A DNA stretch of 64,000 nt from Octopus sinensis (taxonomy: Eukaryota), in contig NC_043000.1 in assembly GCF_006345805.1 (NCBI RefSeq), positions 61,628,001-61,692,000 of the forward strand. Direction: 5' to 3'. A model generated the notes under the pieces. The model was not told the origin of the DNA. It did no database searches and saw only the letters and a program-made list of their open reading frames with translations. Shown here piece after piece: positions 24,451 through 38,254 of this stretch. Both the position numbers and the translations under genes were made by a program. Numbering within the stretch: position 1 is the first letter of the stretch; each line of letters starts with the position of its first letter.

Positions 24451-25663
24451 ATTGTCCTCTAAGAATATAATGCTCAAAATTATTAGAACTACTTTAGATT
24501 TTCCTTTGCTTAAACATAATAGATAACAAAATAACCAGCTCTTGGTGAAGTTATGCTCTTTCATATCATACAATTTAAAAGTCAGCATTTAGACAGCCAC
24601 TATTAATATCGCAGAACAAAATTTCATGCTTCTTCTGCTTCTTGTAACCTGTATAAATGAATAAATAACTGAGACCGATATTTCTGCTTCGGTTTGTGAG
24701 TGAGATTGTCAACAGTTTCGTTTTTCTTAGTAGTTCCTTAAGAGCGTATTGAACCTATTTAACCTGTCTGTTTTGTGTAATAAATAATCAATGAGTTGAC
24801 GCGTTTTCTAATATAAGCGAGCAGTTAATTAATCCTCAAGACGACAGCTTTCCTTCTAAAGATGAAAACACATTAATCAAAATCAGTCATTCCTTAACAC
24901 ACACACACACGCTGTTGGGAGAGAAAAACTGTCATCTGTTGCTAATTCTATATTATTAATATAAGAAATATCAGAATCAAGTGGTTTCACTTTAAACTCT
25001 ATTATGCTAAGAAAACTCAATATGTTTGATAAAAATCAATTTAGATAGATATTAAAGTGCTTCAGATGTGTAAGCATGCTGCTGAAGAAGTGCTAAAGTA
25101 AAATAGGGCAATACAACATCACCGATTCCATTATCAATCTCAACAAAAGCATAAAATCGGGACGCTTGTGGTATGCTGTCTGGAGCAATAAATTTCAATG
25201 ATTCACTTACACAGAATTCATCTAATGCTTTCATAAAAGATATTAATTTTTCTGTCTGACATAATTAGTTGTTGAACATGTTTAAATACGATATCTACAT
25301 CAGAAAGTCTAAATTTATTCTATTAGATTTTAAAATCAAATTAGATTCTCTCAGAGGGAATTCACTAATTAATTACAGCGCTGTAATAGGTGAAAGTTAA
25401 AGTGGCACACGAAAATTAATACTGCATGTCTTAGATAATTTGTTATAATTCTTAAAAGCTCATCCATAGAAATTCAACGATCCTACAGTCAATTTAGGCT
25501 AAATAAAATAATAGTTTAATGCAAAATTAGAGAATGAAATCAACTGAATTTCACATAAATTTCATGGCTGCAAATATCAATAGATTTGACTTTGCTATGG
25601 CATTAGCAACAGTACGTTCATTAAAGATTTCATGTCAATGAACAATGAAATAGACATTCCCCC

Positions 25664-25698
<35 letters not shown>

Positions 25699-25700
<2 letters not shown>

Positions 25701-25798
25701 CAATAAATAATATTATGTACATATGTATCTGTGCCTATATGTATCTAAATTTATATGTGTATATGTTACATACATACATACACACACATATATATCTA

Positions 25799-25877
<79 letters not shown>

Positions 25878-25972
25878 TTCTTTTGTTTTTTGTTTTTTCA
25901 TCCCCCAAAAGAAAAGCTCTACCTTGTAACTTGTCCCATCTGTGTGCAGCCCTGTGTGGCCAATAAAGAAAC

Positions 25973-26027
<55 letters not shown>

Positions 26028-26028
26028 A

Positions 26029-26068
<40 letters not shown>

Positions 26069-26069
26069 T

Positions 26070-26121
<52 letters not shown>

Positions 26122-26247
26122 ATATATAACAATAAATAATATTATGTACATATGTATCTGTGCCTATATGTATCTAAATTTATATGTGTATATGTTACAT
26201 ACATACATACACACACATATATATCTATATCTATCTATCTATCTATC

Positions 26248-26309
<62 letters not shown>

Positions 26310-26405
26310 TTCTTTTGTTTTTTGTTTTTTCATCCCCCAAAAGAAAAGCTCTACCTTGTAACTTGTCCCATCTGTGTGCAGCCCTGTGTGGCCAATAAAG
26401 AAACT
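25699..26405. repeat. Tandem duplication (429-bp period) of unique sequence, (TATC)n and a CR1-like 3' tail
   Basis: Non-microsatellite parts at 25699 and 26128 are identical; each ends in gtggccaataaagaaact(tatc)n. Confidence 0.9.
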
Positions 26406-26474
26406 TATCTATCTATCTATCTATCTTCTATCTATCTATCTATCTATCTATCTAACTATCTATCTATCTATCTA

Positions 26475-26505
<31 letters not shown>

Positions 26506-26506
26506 T

Positions 26507-26561
<55 letters not shown>

Positions 26562-26770
26562 ATATATACATACATATATATATATATATATGTGTATGTA
26601 TATGTTAATGCAATATCCGCTAGCCTTTACACTAGCCATGCTCAAAGACTTTTGCATACATCTCTATCTACCTTGGCATCTATATATGCTTTCTGCTACT
26701 CCATCTTTGATGCAGTGTATAGCCATACCTTTTTTACCCAACACTTTGACATTTGTTCATACGTGTATTC

Positions 26771-27001
26771 CAATGATTTTCAACCGGGGTCGATATAACC
26801 CTTAAAAATCCATATGAGATATTATTGTTAAAATTCATCTGTAATAAATTGCTTATGTTTTTACAATAGCCAAATTCTTTTAATAATGTTTTTTATACAA
26901 TTCCTAATAATATTTAACGATAAAAATATGTTTTAACAGGGTTCATCCGAGTAAAATAGGAATCAATGGGGTCCATAGTAAAAAAAAGTTGAGAAACACT
27001 G
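26771..27001. mobile_element. hAT (Charlie-like) MITE
   Basis: TIRs CAATGATTTTCAAC and rc CAGTGTTTCTCAAC; perfect 8-bp TSD gtgtattc (26763-26770 and 27002-27009). Confidence 0.9.
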
Positions 27002-27046
27002 GTGTATTCTTTCACCTCCCCTCTCTCTCTCTCTCTCTCTGTTTCT

Positions 27047-27077
<31 letters not shown>

Positions 27078-27081
<4 letters not shown>

Positions 27082-27198
27082 CATGTAATCACGTGACCGA
27101 CCAGACCATCAGATGTTGCTACACATCGCTGGACACAATGCGTTCGCATTGTTTTAGCCTTCGAATGACGCCACCCCGCTGGCTAAGCGAGCAGGCCA
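27078..27198 (-). mobile_element. SINE family C, 3' part
   Basis: Matches the cacgtga..cagatgttgctacacatcgctg..gcattgttttagccttcga segment of 51148-51381. Confidence 0.85.
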
Positions 27199-27489
27199 AT
27201 ATATACATAATGTATATATATATATATATATATATCCTTCTACCTATTTTCATGACCAGCAAACTTACTATTTTCTGTGGTCCGTGACCAAATTCTCGTT
27301 GATGCAAAATATATGTTGTGCAACTTACGGTTATGGATTAAAAATCTAGTCGCTCGGATTTCTTGCTTTGGGTTTTTTAAAATTCTAAATGCCCTAACAA
27401 CCTTCATTTGAACCTCTCACTTTAGTGACTTCTTTTAAATGTACGTGCAACTTATTGTTTCTTAATTATATTTCTGTTGATGCTTGTCA

Positions 27490-27703
27490 AAGGCAGTGAG
27501 CTGGAAGAATTGTTAGCCCATCGGGAAAACGCTTAGCGGTATTTCGTCTGTTTTTATACTCTTAGGTCGTATTCCGTCGTGGACGACTTTGACTTCTATC
27601 CTTTCGGGGTCGATAAAGTAAGTACCAGTTGCGCAGCAGGGTCGATGAAATCGACTTGCCGCCTTCCCTGAACTTCCTGGCTTTGTGCCAAAATTTGAAA
27701 CCA
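27490..27703 (+). mobile_element. SINE family B
   Basis: aaggcagtgagctgg..gcttagcggtatttcg..gtcgataaagtaagtaccag..gtgccaaaatttgaaacc. Confidence 0.85.
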
Positions 27704-28249
27704 AATGATGTTCGTCAATCATTTTATGCTAAGTGATGCAAATCGAAATTTATCATAGGTGCTTTTCTAAATGCACACTGTTCCAAGTTGGTATTTGATG
27801 TCATACAGAATTACTGCTTCAGTTTACAGTGAATCCAAACTGAAATATTTTCCTTAAAACATTAATAGTGAAAAGAAATTGAAACAATTTGGAATTGCTA
27901 ATTAAATGCCTAACGTCTATTTTCAAGCGGCTAGTATAAACTGAATCTAATACTCCTTCGCCAGTAGAAGGAATTACATTGTAGACTCTAGAGGGATTAA
28001 AAGTAAACTGTTTATTCTCTAAAGTATTTAGTCCAGAGACCTAGCATTTAAGCCAATCCCTAATCTACAATACATGTGAATATTCATATTTCCTTAATAA
28101 TCATCACCGATTCTCGACAAGAATTTTTATTCATTTCAGTTATTCAATAAATAAAAGTTGTGTCGAGTGCTAAAAGCTAAAGCCTTGAATTAGGAAAAAT
28201 ATTAGTATATTGAATATATTCTATTTAGAATGTTTTTCTCATTACTAAG

Positions 28250-28305
<56 letters not shown>

Positions 28306-29139
28306 CTCTCACATACATACACACACTCTCTTACACACACACTTCTCTCTCTCACATGTACACTCCCCCTCTCTCACACACAAATAAATATACATGTAGG
28401 TAAAATACTATAGATTACATAATGAAATACCGTATTAGGCTGAAATGTAAATAAATTGTGTAATTAGATCTTACGTTCAAAAAGCTATCTTGTCTTATGT
28501 ATTCGCTGAGTTGGAAACAGAACGGAATAGCAACAGGAAATATGTAGGAAAATAATCAGGCATACTGACTATCATTGAACAATCTACGTCATTCGCCTTT
28601 TAGATGAAGTAGTTCTCTGGAGGGTATAAGCCTTTCTCTTTTGTATGGTTCCATAAAATCAGTCCAAATTTATCAGATTAACAGTAGAAGCCGATTCAAA
28701 TGTGTATTGTAATTCACCATATCGGAATAATAGACTTTGACCATGCATGTAGAGAAGTTGTAAGCGAATTTTCTAGAATGAACATTAGTAATGAGTTTAA
28801 AAGAAGATGATTGTTTGCTCTTTGTGTAGTTTCATGTAGTTGGAATGAATATTGAAAGATTTAAACAACTGAGACTGACACAACCAAATGTAAATGTATT
28901 GCATGTATTATAGATGAAATCTGTTTAAGAGACATCAATATATTCCGAACGCTGTTGAACCAATTACGTTTGCGAAATCAATTACAGCTCTATCGAAGAT
29001 TATCTTCCACAAATGACAATTTAACTATTCTATACAGCAGCATATTAAAAATATGGTCAGCAAACGACTTTTCTTTTCAGTTATTTTAGTTTTTTGATTT
29101 AATTTTTAAACCTTGAAGTATATTTACCATAATAATGGC

Positions 29140-29342
29140 TTTAAATGTTTGCACGAGGCCCGCTAGTTCGATGGGGGACTTATGTCATGTACATCGACCC
29201 CAGTGGTACCTATTTTATCGACCCAAATATGATGAAAGGCAAGGACGACCTTGGTGGGATTTGAACTCAGGACGTAAAGATGGACAAGATGCAGCTAAGA
29301 ATGACTGCCCGGCGCGGTAACGATTCTGCCAGTTCACCTCCT
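29140..29342 (-). mobile_element. SINE family B
   Basis: Reverse complement of the family B consensus. Confidence 0.8.
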
Positions 29343-29709
29343 TATTCACTCGTACTCTTTATTTCTAGTAAGTTTAATTTTTACATATATAAGGGACCAT
29401 GGGTGTACACTAGGGAAGAATTGATATATACCCGTATTTTCATCAAAGCTATTAGCATTGCAAAAGAAATGAAAAGCTATCTGTAGTGAAATAAAATTGC
29501 GTTAGATTAACCATGATTCGCCATGAGTTATCTCTAACCTGTAAACGTAATACAGAGAAATGAGATAATCGGTTGAACATTGGAGAAAACGTTGTAGCAT
29601 TCAGTTATCACCCTTTACAGTTTCAGATCCATTTTATTTTTAATAAGATCGATAATCCTGTCCCTGGGTTTATATAGTAATCAATGATATTGTCTAAATA
29701 TGTTTTAAT

Positions 29710-30240
29710 ATTGGCTTCAAACTTTCGTGCATGACCAGCAATATCAGGGGAGGATTACGTCAATTACATACACCCCAGTAATTATTTTAACAACTCCGAA
29801 AGGATATGAGACAAAGTCCCTCAGAGGAATTTGAACTCAGAACGTAAAGACGGTCGAAATGGCGTTAACGGTATTTAGTCCGACGTGCTAACAAATCTCC
29901 CAGGTCGTTCAGTTAACAGAAATTTTTAATGTTACTTAACAGTAAGGCGGCGAATTGGAGCATCGTTAGCACGACAGGTGAAATGCTTAGCGGTACCAAA
30001 TTTGGAATCAATATTAGTTAACTGAAAGTTGATGAGCTGGTAGGATCTTTAGCAAGTTGAGCAAAAATGCTTACTGGCATGTCGTCCATCTTTATACTTT
30101 GAGGTCATATTCCACCGAGGGCAACTTTGCATTTTATACTTTGAGATCGATAAAATAAATACCAGCTGAGCACTGGGGTTGATGTTATCGACTACCCCAC
30201 TTCCCCGTATTTGCTGGCCTTGAACCAAAATTTCAAACCG
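29710..30240. mobile_element. SINE family B cluster: minus copy 29710-29908, truncated plus head at about 29944, plus copy 30025-30240
   Basis: Family B motifs in both orientations. Confidence 0.8.
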
Positions 30241-32007
30241 ATTTTACTTATCTTAGTAGCATTGATAAAACTTCCTATTGGACATTCTAAATCCTTCGTA
30301 AATACGTTTCTAATGAAGTGAATCTGCAAGCGGTATCACAGCGTGTCGTATAACTCCGTTAAATGTAATCTAAATTTGTTATTGTGAAGAAGGCATAATA
30401 AATGTATGCACTTCTGAATGGAAAAAAAAAACTAATTAAAATTTTATGACTATAGTTCGTTAACCGAGTCTGACAATCACGAGATGCAGCATAATCACCG
30501 TTGATCTCAGCTATTGTATTTAGATTATGATATGAGCCAGTGATCTTAGAGAAATATTTAAATGAATGCAGTGATAATGCATTTTGTATATATAACGTTA
30601 TGACTAGTTACATGCAACAAATTCATGAAAATGTATAACGCTCGACACACATTTGAGCAATAAAACCATGCAGTTAATATTTTAGTATCGTTATTTCCAG
30701 CAATGCTTGATATAAAGGTAAATAATTACAATTCAACAAGATGCGGTAAAAAATCGAATTACTTTGTCTCTCATAAAATTACCTCCGTAACTCAGCGTAT
30801 GCATATTTCATTAAACACACACACACATACATACACATACGCATATACACACACACACACTCACACGTAGATTAGAGCTTAACTTTAATGTTCACTGAGG
30901 CAAACACATGTTAAATATGTAAGAAACTTCAAACGAAAAATGAAAAGGGTTTATGCCCGAAAACAGCTTAGTCTTTGTACGTTATTTTGTTTCGACAATA
31001 TTTATGAAAACAGCCAGAAATTGATAACAGCTGAATATAATGGGATGTTTTGCAATACATTAATCTCTTCATGTAGAAAATAACAATGTAATAAATAATT
31101 ACTGTTTTCTTAAATTAATAACATTAAGAACCGCTCGCTTTTCTTTTTGTAAGAAAAACCTGAGGTATAAGAATATAACGTGCATCGACGGGGGTTGATG
31201 TTGATTGCTGTAATTATAGTGTCGTGTTAAGTCTCTTCTTTACAGAATACGAAGGAATATGGATTTGTCGAAGGTAATTATTTTAATTGGAAAACAAGAT
31301 AAATGTTTTGTGTTAAATTGTGACAGTGTAGCAAATGTATTAAAGCGGCAGATCTAAGCATCTTATACACTAAAATAAAATCACTGCTAATGTTAGACAG
31401 TATAAAGAATTGCTATTAATGTAATTCAGTAGAATGAATCGCTGCTATTTCTAGCGGTCGAGCGTCCATCATCGACGAGACCTAGGAAGTTCGAAATCAC
31501 ATTATCTGGTGGTTTCGACGCTGGAGGTGACACTGATTTATCTTCCCGCTGTTGCTATAAACAAGAGTGAACTTTGCACCAAAAGCCAATATGAAAGGTT
31601 CTCTCATGATAACTAGCGCAGTATACCTTGTTCTAATAGAACATCTACTTTTTAAGTCGGGATAATATTAACTCTCAGTATATTGAAAATATGCTCTTGA
31701 TACAAAAACATCAGTATATGAGAAATGAAATTACATGAGGATAATGCCGCTTTCTTATGGGCATTGATGATGTATGTAACATTAATCAATAGAATTCTTA
31801 TGATCTGTTAGATAAAACCACAGAAAATCTTTATTTTGATATTGAAATATAAGACCACAGAGCTGGCTAAATGAAGTCAGTTTAATAAGAAATATGTAGC
31901 TTGGTGTATTTTGCTTTAAGAAATACCATATTATTAAAAAAAGATATATAAGGTTTGTATGTTTACATACGTTTATCGGTGTTATTTTACAATATATTTT
32001 CATATAT

Positions 32008-32222
32008 AAAGGCGGTGAGCTGGCAGAATCGTTAGCACGGCGGTCAAGTTGCTTAGTTCTATTTCCTCTGACTTTACGTGTTGATTTCAAATTTCACCGA
32101 GGTTGACTTTGCATTTCGTTCATTCGGAGTCGATAAAATAAGTACCAGATACATGATTACAGTCAATGTAATCGATTTATCCCCTCCTCAAAATTGTTGG
32201 CCTTGTGCCAAAATGTTAAACT
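32008..32222 (+). mobile_element. SINE family B
   Basis: aaggcggtgagctggcagaatcgttagcac..gtcgataaaataagtaccag..ggccttgtgccaaaatg. Confidence 0.9.
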
Positions 32223-34168
32223 AATGTATCTTCATATATAACTGTTAAGAATGACATGCTATGTATTCTCACGGCATCGACCTTTTATAGATCAGCAAAT
32301 TTAATTAACATTTCAGCATTTTTTTCGGGAAATTATAGATGCAAATCTTGTGGTGGTGTCTTTGCACTAAAAGCGTTAATGACTCCTGTCCGTCACCTAC
32401 AAAGGGTCATACTTTTTGTTTTTCAAATCATCTAAATACAAAGAGAATATGCGAAAATGATAAATAAAATAAAATAAAAATAAAATGCGAAAATTCCTTG
32501 AGATTCGTTATATCATCGGGAGATCAAGGACAGCCGTTTGACTTTCTTTTATACATCTATGTTTCTTGCGGTGAAAATATGTTGAAAATATAGCTATTAA
32601 TATGATGCTTCTTTCTATCCCAATTCTTTCATTCTATTTCTCTTAGTTCTATTAATGAAAGGAATTGAAAAGTTGTTGCTCTATTTCAATTGGAGTTTTC
32701 CCACCATATTAAAATTAAATAAGAACGTCGAAATTCAATTTTCTATGGAATGCCAAGAACCCCAGGGCCGATCTTATGCTGTGAGATCAAGTACAATCGG
32801 TTGTATTGCCGATTTCTCCCAGTTGAAATAAAATAAAAGAATAATCAAATGTACCTAGTCATAGAAGTGTTTCACACACGGTTTCATAATACTCCACGCC
32901 AGAAAATAATCTGCGCAGTCATACTCTGATTTAACTATGATAGATAGATATTACTGTATAAAACTAAACGTATTAAAGTTTAAACATATTTTGGTATTGT
33001 CGAAACCCGATGCATTAACGGAAGCTTTCATTTCACAAATAACGACACCGTAAATGTTAGTTATGTACTGTTAACAGATAAATCTCTTCTCTTGAAAGTG
33101 ACTTCTAAACAAAAACAATTCAGTCGATCGTTGTTTTGTCATTCACCGCTTTACAGAAAAATATATACCAGTATTATATGTTTGAAGCCATGTTCTGTCA
33201 AAAATCTAATGTTAGAGTCTAAATAGATTTGTTTATATAGTTGTAAACAATTTCAAAATTATGAGTGTGCTGCATATTTCATTAGCTGGCTGCTGGTCTC
33301 AGGGTGTCAGAGCCGTTTAATAATGTGCTCTTGTATCATTATATTCCATAACAACAATATTCTTCATTATGTTCAAAACAACGATTTTGTCTTCTCAACC
33401 TTGTCAACAAGCATATCTTATTAAAATATAAAGAACTTGAGGCAATACATTTGATAAAACATAAACATATCAAAAATGAATTAACCAGTGATAACTTTCT
33501 AGATTATGTATCTTGATGTTCAATACGTCCTTTCACCTGCCTTTAAAAATATTTCATGTCTCACCTTTACGAGAATTATTCCCATTGATGATAAACAGCT
33601 TTAAAGAAAACAAAACAAGTTTAGTCATAAACTTTCTTAAAATATAAAAATTTATCATATTCTCACAGAATAGTTTGTAGCACATCCATCACATGTTCTT
33701 TTAAAATTTTCCAAATTTTGCATCACCAACATTGCAATATTTTCGTGTCTGTAGATTTAGTAATAACATGTAAGAAACAAGCAGGTTCTAATAAATATCA
33801 CATCCTTATAATTACTCGTAGAAATTCTTCAACGATTATTTTTGTTTCATATACGAAGGTTTGTTAATACCTCATTTCATCATTCTTCTTTCGACACTTA
33901 AGATTATACACAAAAAGAGTACGACTTGAACATTACACAGACTTTGCAACAGTGTATAATATCAACTTTCAGTTATTTAGGAACGAATGTACCGAAAAGA
34001 TAACAAAAGAAATTGTCCATATAATTCATAAACAAAACAACAACAATAGAATTATAATAAATATTTACTGTCGAAAGGTTGTGTGTATATATATATATAC
34101 ATAGATACGTACATACACATATATATATATGTATGTATGTATGTATGTGTATATGTATATGTATATGT

Positions 34169-34219
<51 letters not shown>

Positions 34220-34289
34220 CGTTTAAAAGATATAATATAAGAATTAGCTTTATTTTAATATAGAGTCATTTATTCCAAGCATTCAAGCA

Positions 34290-34505
34290 CCTGTGATATG
34301 AACCTGTTTCATTCTTTTGGATTTGTTGTCTGCATCCTGGATAAACATCAGATCTCTGCATCTGAAAACAGAGAGATAATAAATCAGCATAGTTTTTGGC
34401 TTACATTTCGAAATTTAGCAGAATCACTGAAGCAAGGGAATGGATCCAGCATGCCACAAAGCCAAGGAGGAAATGTTGATATACTGAATTATATAGCCAC
34501 TGATG
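34290..34505. other. GC-richer island, possible small exon(s), strand unresolved
   Basis: Minus strand: ctctctgttttcag|ATGCAGAGAT..ACAG|gt (CRDLMFIQDADNKSKRMKQ). Plus strand: tttag|CAGAATCA..GATG|gtaatt. No protein family recognised. Confidence 0.2.
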
Positions 34506-34758
34506 GTAATTATTATATAAATTTCTTTATAGATTTTAATGTATTTTCTCCCTCACTGTACCTCTGTAAATATAGAATAATAAAATGTGCTTTAATGCAT
34601 GCTAGCATTAGATACCCACACCAACTTTTCATGGTACTTTTTAGCAAAAATTATTGAAAAGCATTTCTAAATATCTTCCAAAATTTAAAATAACTCCCTT
34701 ATTATTCCCAACGTTGTATGGATATATATATATATATACATATCTATATATGTGTATG

Positions 34759-34814
<56 letters not shown>

Positions 34815-34930
34815 ATATACATATTCACTCATATGTCTATATATGAATATATACACATACAAATGTATACATACATATATACATATATATATATTTATGT
34901 AATATATATGTATGCATTATATATTTATGA

Positions 34931-35068
34931 ATTTTTTGCGTAATGAGATATAAAAAACAAGGCTGTATAGATATTAGAGCATTTATAGATAGAAGGTAGA
35001 CCTTCTATCTATAAATGCTCCAATATCTATATACCCTTGGTTTTTTTATATTTCATTACGCAAAAAAT
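34931..35068. repeat. 138-bp foldback (about 68-bp arms, 2-nt loop)
   Basis: Inner 21 bp perfect (gagcatttatagatagaaggt/accttctatctataaatgctc); outer arms have a few mismatches and indels. Confidence 0.9.
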
Positions 35069-35248
35069 ACATGTATACACACGCTGACATAGAACCAACG
35101 TTGAACCCTTTATTTGCAATATTACCGAATCTAGAACTTAACTATGGTCTGTCTATAGCACTTATTCAGTATTACCTGACACCTTTGTGTCTCAATGACA
35201 CCATTATCTCCTATAACCTCAACATATATATATTTATATATAAACAGC

Positions 35249-35351
<103 letters not shown>

Positions 35352-35827
35352 CCTATCTATCTATGTGTTGTTGGAATGTGTCTATGATGCTTTTTTTTAT
35401 CGTAAGTATCGATAATGTTATTAACGTTGATGTTTGAATTTTTGAGAGTTAGGCTTTTACTTTATCAGTGACGTGTTTATTTTTATTTGAGTTTAATGTA
35501 TGCTATCTTTGTCTTTATTTTGGCATTGCATAGTTCTAAACGTACAGATATCACATACGAAAGACAAGCAAATGATATCTGGTTCATTAAAAGAAAAATT
35601 TACCATCCAAACTTTAAATTACAGCTGTCTGTGAATACAAGACGGTATCGATAAATGCGTGTGAAAGGTTTGGTATGTAAATGTTGTAAGAAAATGCAAG
35701 TAACTTGTAGAAAATGTTTAAACTAGATCATATCTACACTCTTGCCTTTATTACATTATCTGAGTCTCTATCTGTCTCCAGACATACATACATACATACA
35801 TACATACATACATACATAATACATACA

Positions 35828-35859
<32 letters not shown>

Positions 35860-36129
35860 ATCTTATTAATTTCATCTTCTTTAAGAAAGCGTTTGACAAT
35901 GTTCTACGATACATTCTGGAATATCTTGAAAATTTGGAATATACAGAATATCTTAAGAATCTAAGGAGTCCCGAGCAGATGTAGTTATATCTTTAAGTCT
36001 CTTATACAGTGTTAACTGAAGACAAGCAGTGGAAGCAATAATATGTCGAAATTGCTTCCGTATTCTGACAGGATTGCGTCTTGCAGCCGTTTTTCAATTC
36101 ACTTTTTCAATTCAATTTTTATTGGCCCA

Positions 36130-36480
36130 AAAAGCAAAAGCAAGACAATGTAGGGGACAGGGAGTTATGTACAGGGAGGGTGGTCATACAAAGAGCTCAG
36201 GCCATTTCTGGTCAAGAGATACTTTGAACCGAGCGGTCGTCGGTATCTTCACTATCTCGTCCGGCAGCTTATTCCACGGATCCGCAACCCGGACAGAGAA
36301 AGACCCTCTCCTTCGATTGAGATGAAATCGTCGTAGATAGAGCTTTTCGGAGCAGGAGTGAAAAACAGCTCTTTCGAGAGGTTACACTTTCCGCTTATGA
36401 TGTGAACGAGAATGAGATCACCACGGCGTTGTCGTTTTTCGAGACGTGTTTCTGCTCCTGAGGGTGATTGACTTCATCAT
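36130..36480 (-). mobile_element. CR1-type LINE 3' end
   Basis: LEKRQRRGDLI, RRFHLNRRRGS.SVRVADPWNKLPDEIVK..RFKVSLDQKWPELFV*, tail gggccaataaaattgaattg. Confidence 0.85.
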
Positions 36481-36519
36481 GCGGAAAACAAGGGATAGTA
36501 CCAGTTTTGGAATACTGTG

Positions 36520-37230
36520 ATTTATGGATATACTGATGGATTTTGCTTTTGCAGACAACTTGGCGTTACTAAGCTCTGATACACATACTCTATACAGATA
36601 GCCTATCTGATACAGATATCCTATTCAGCTTAGGGGGAGAATCAGGACTTCGGATAAGCATTGAGAAGACCAAAGTCATGACAATTGGTGGCGTCCAAGC
36701 ACGTTAGTCAATTTCGGACAAGATAATGTAGAAGTTGATATCAGGACTAGGATAGGAAAATCAATGTCTGTATTTCAACGTCTTCGTATAACATGGTGAT
36801 CGAAGACCATGAGTAAGAAGATAAAGCTGCAACTATACCCATCTGTTGTTATACCAACTGCCATCGACGCCTTAAAACCTGGATGAAGTCAGTCAAAATC
36901 TTTCAGTTGCTGGACGTGTTCCGTCGCGGCTGCTTACGCTTAACCCTGGTCATCTGCTACCGAGAAAGAATGAGAAATGAAGCGGTGATGAGATGAGCTT
37001 GCATGGGAAATTTGCAAGACGTGGTGACTAAGCGGTGGATGTGGTTTATTGGCTATGTGCCATGTGCTTCGAGAAGGAGACCAAAGAAGACAAAGGGCGC
37101 GTGATGCAGTACGTTCTAGGACGACATGGTAGCGCTGAGAGTTGGCCTCAGAAGAGCTACAGAAAGCGAGCAATCAAGATGTCTGGAAAAATCTCGTTGC
37201 CCTTGCTCACACCTAAGGAAGATTATTTTT
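36520..37230 (+). mobile_element. RTE-type LINE 3' fragment, decayed
   Basis: DFAFADNLALL, ISIEKTKVM, EVDIRTRIGKSMSVFQRL..KIKLQLYPSVVIPT. Confidence 0.8.
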
Positions 37231-37436
37231 TGTGTAACAAATTCCATTTCAGCCAGAGGCTGAAAAATGTCTGAGGCGCACACAGTTTGCACTCTGACGA
37301 GACAGTCCGGTTAACATTGATACTATTTGTTACATGTGACAGCCCAATAAATATATCTTGTATACAAGAAAGAGACCTTTTCCTCATACAAGTACTTATT
37401 CATAATTTTTTTTTGTTATAATATAACGGCACTCCG

Positions 37437-37650
37437 AGGGCGGTGAAGTGGCAGAATTATTAGCAAAGCAGGCAAAATGCTCAGCGGTATTTCGTACGTC
37501 TATATGTTCTGAGTTCAAATTCCACTGAGGTCGACTTTGCCTCTTATCTCTATGGGGCCGATAAAATAAGTACCAGTTGAGTACTGGGGTCCATGTAATC
37601 TACTAACACCCTCCCCGAACCTTCTGACTTTGTGTCAAAATGTAAAGCCA
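37437..37650 (+). mobile_element. SINE family B
   Basis: gggcggtgaagtggcagaattattagc..ttctgagttcaaattccactgaggtcgac. Confidence 0.85.
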
Positions 37651-38254
37651 ATATAAATGCGCTCTGGAAGATGCATAATAATTGTTTTTATAAGCGTATT
37701 AATATATTTATAGATATATTTAGATGTGCTTTTTTGTTTGGTGTGTTCGAGTGCTCCCAAGATTTCATTTGCATTTCACTCTTTATTTGCCAACAAAATG
37801 AAGTCCCAGATAGGTTTTCCAGTTAATATATTAAAATATTATTTCCCCGCAAATGATCTTATACCTATTGTGTAAATCATTATATAGAAATACTTTTCAC
37901 CTCAGTATATTTAGCATTGAGCTTATTACAGAAGCAGCTTCCTTCTTCTGATATTGTTTTCTCTCAAATTTCGTAGATTTTTGTCTCTGTCACAACTCAT
38001 TGCCATTCAATTGTGTTTAGTACCATTTCAGTCAAAATTCATCAGACCGAAACAGTTATGTATCAGGTTTCTGACACGGATATAAGCAGTTATTTTCGGG
38101 TCAGTATCACTGATCTACTAACATAGAGAAATATCAGAGTTTGAATGAGTTGTGCACTTGTTTGTATGTTCAACTTCACACACTTCTGCAGAAGGAATAC
38201 AACAGTAAAAGAAGATGATTGTAGCTTTCAATTGCTAAGCGTATCACTGCTATA

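Noticed and set aside
25052-25260. 60-aa minus-strand ORF with an internal gtaagt donor
   Set aside because: Weak acceptor and no recognisable domain.
36010-36062. CTGAAGA...GAAA spacing
   Set aside because: No helix I pairing and the helix II register is incompatible with the core.
38010-38060. Minus-strand CTGATGA attttgact GAAA tgg TA
   Set aside because: Helices I and II do not pair.
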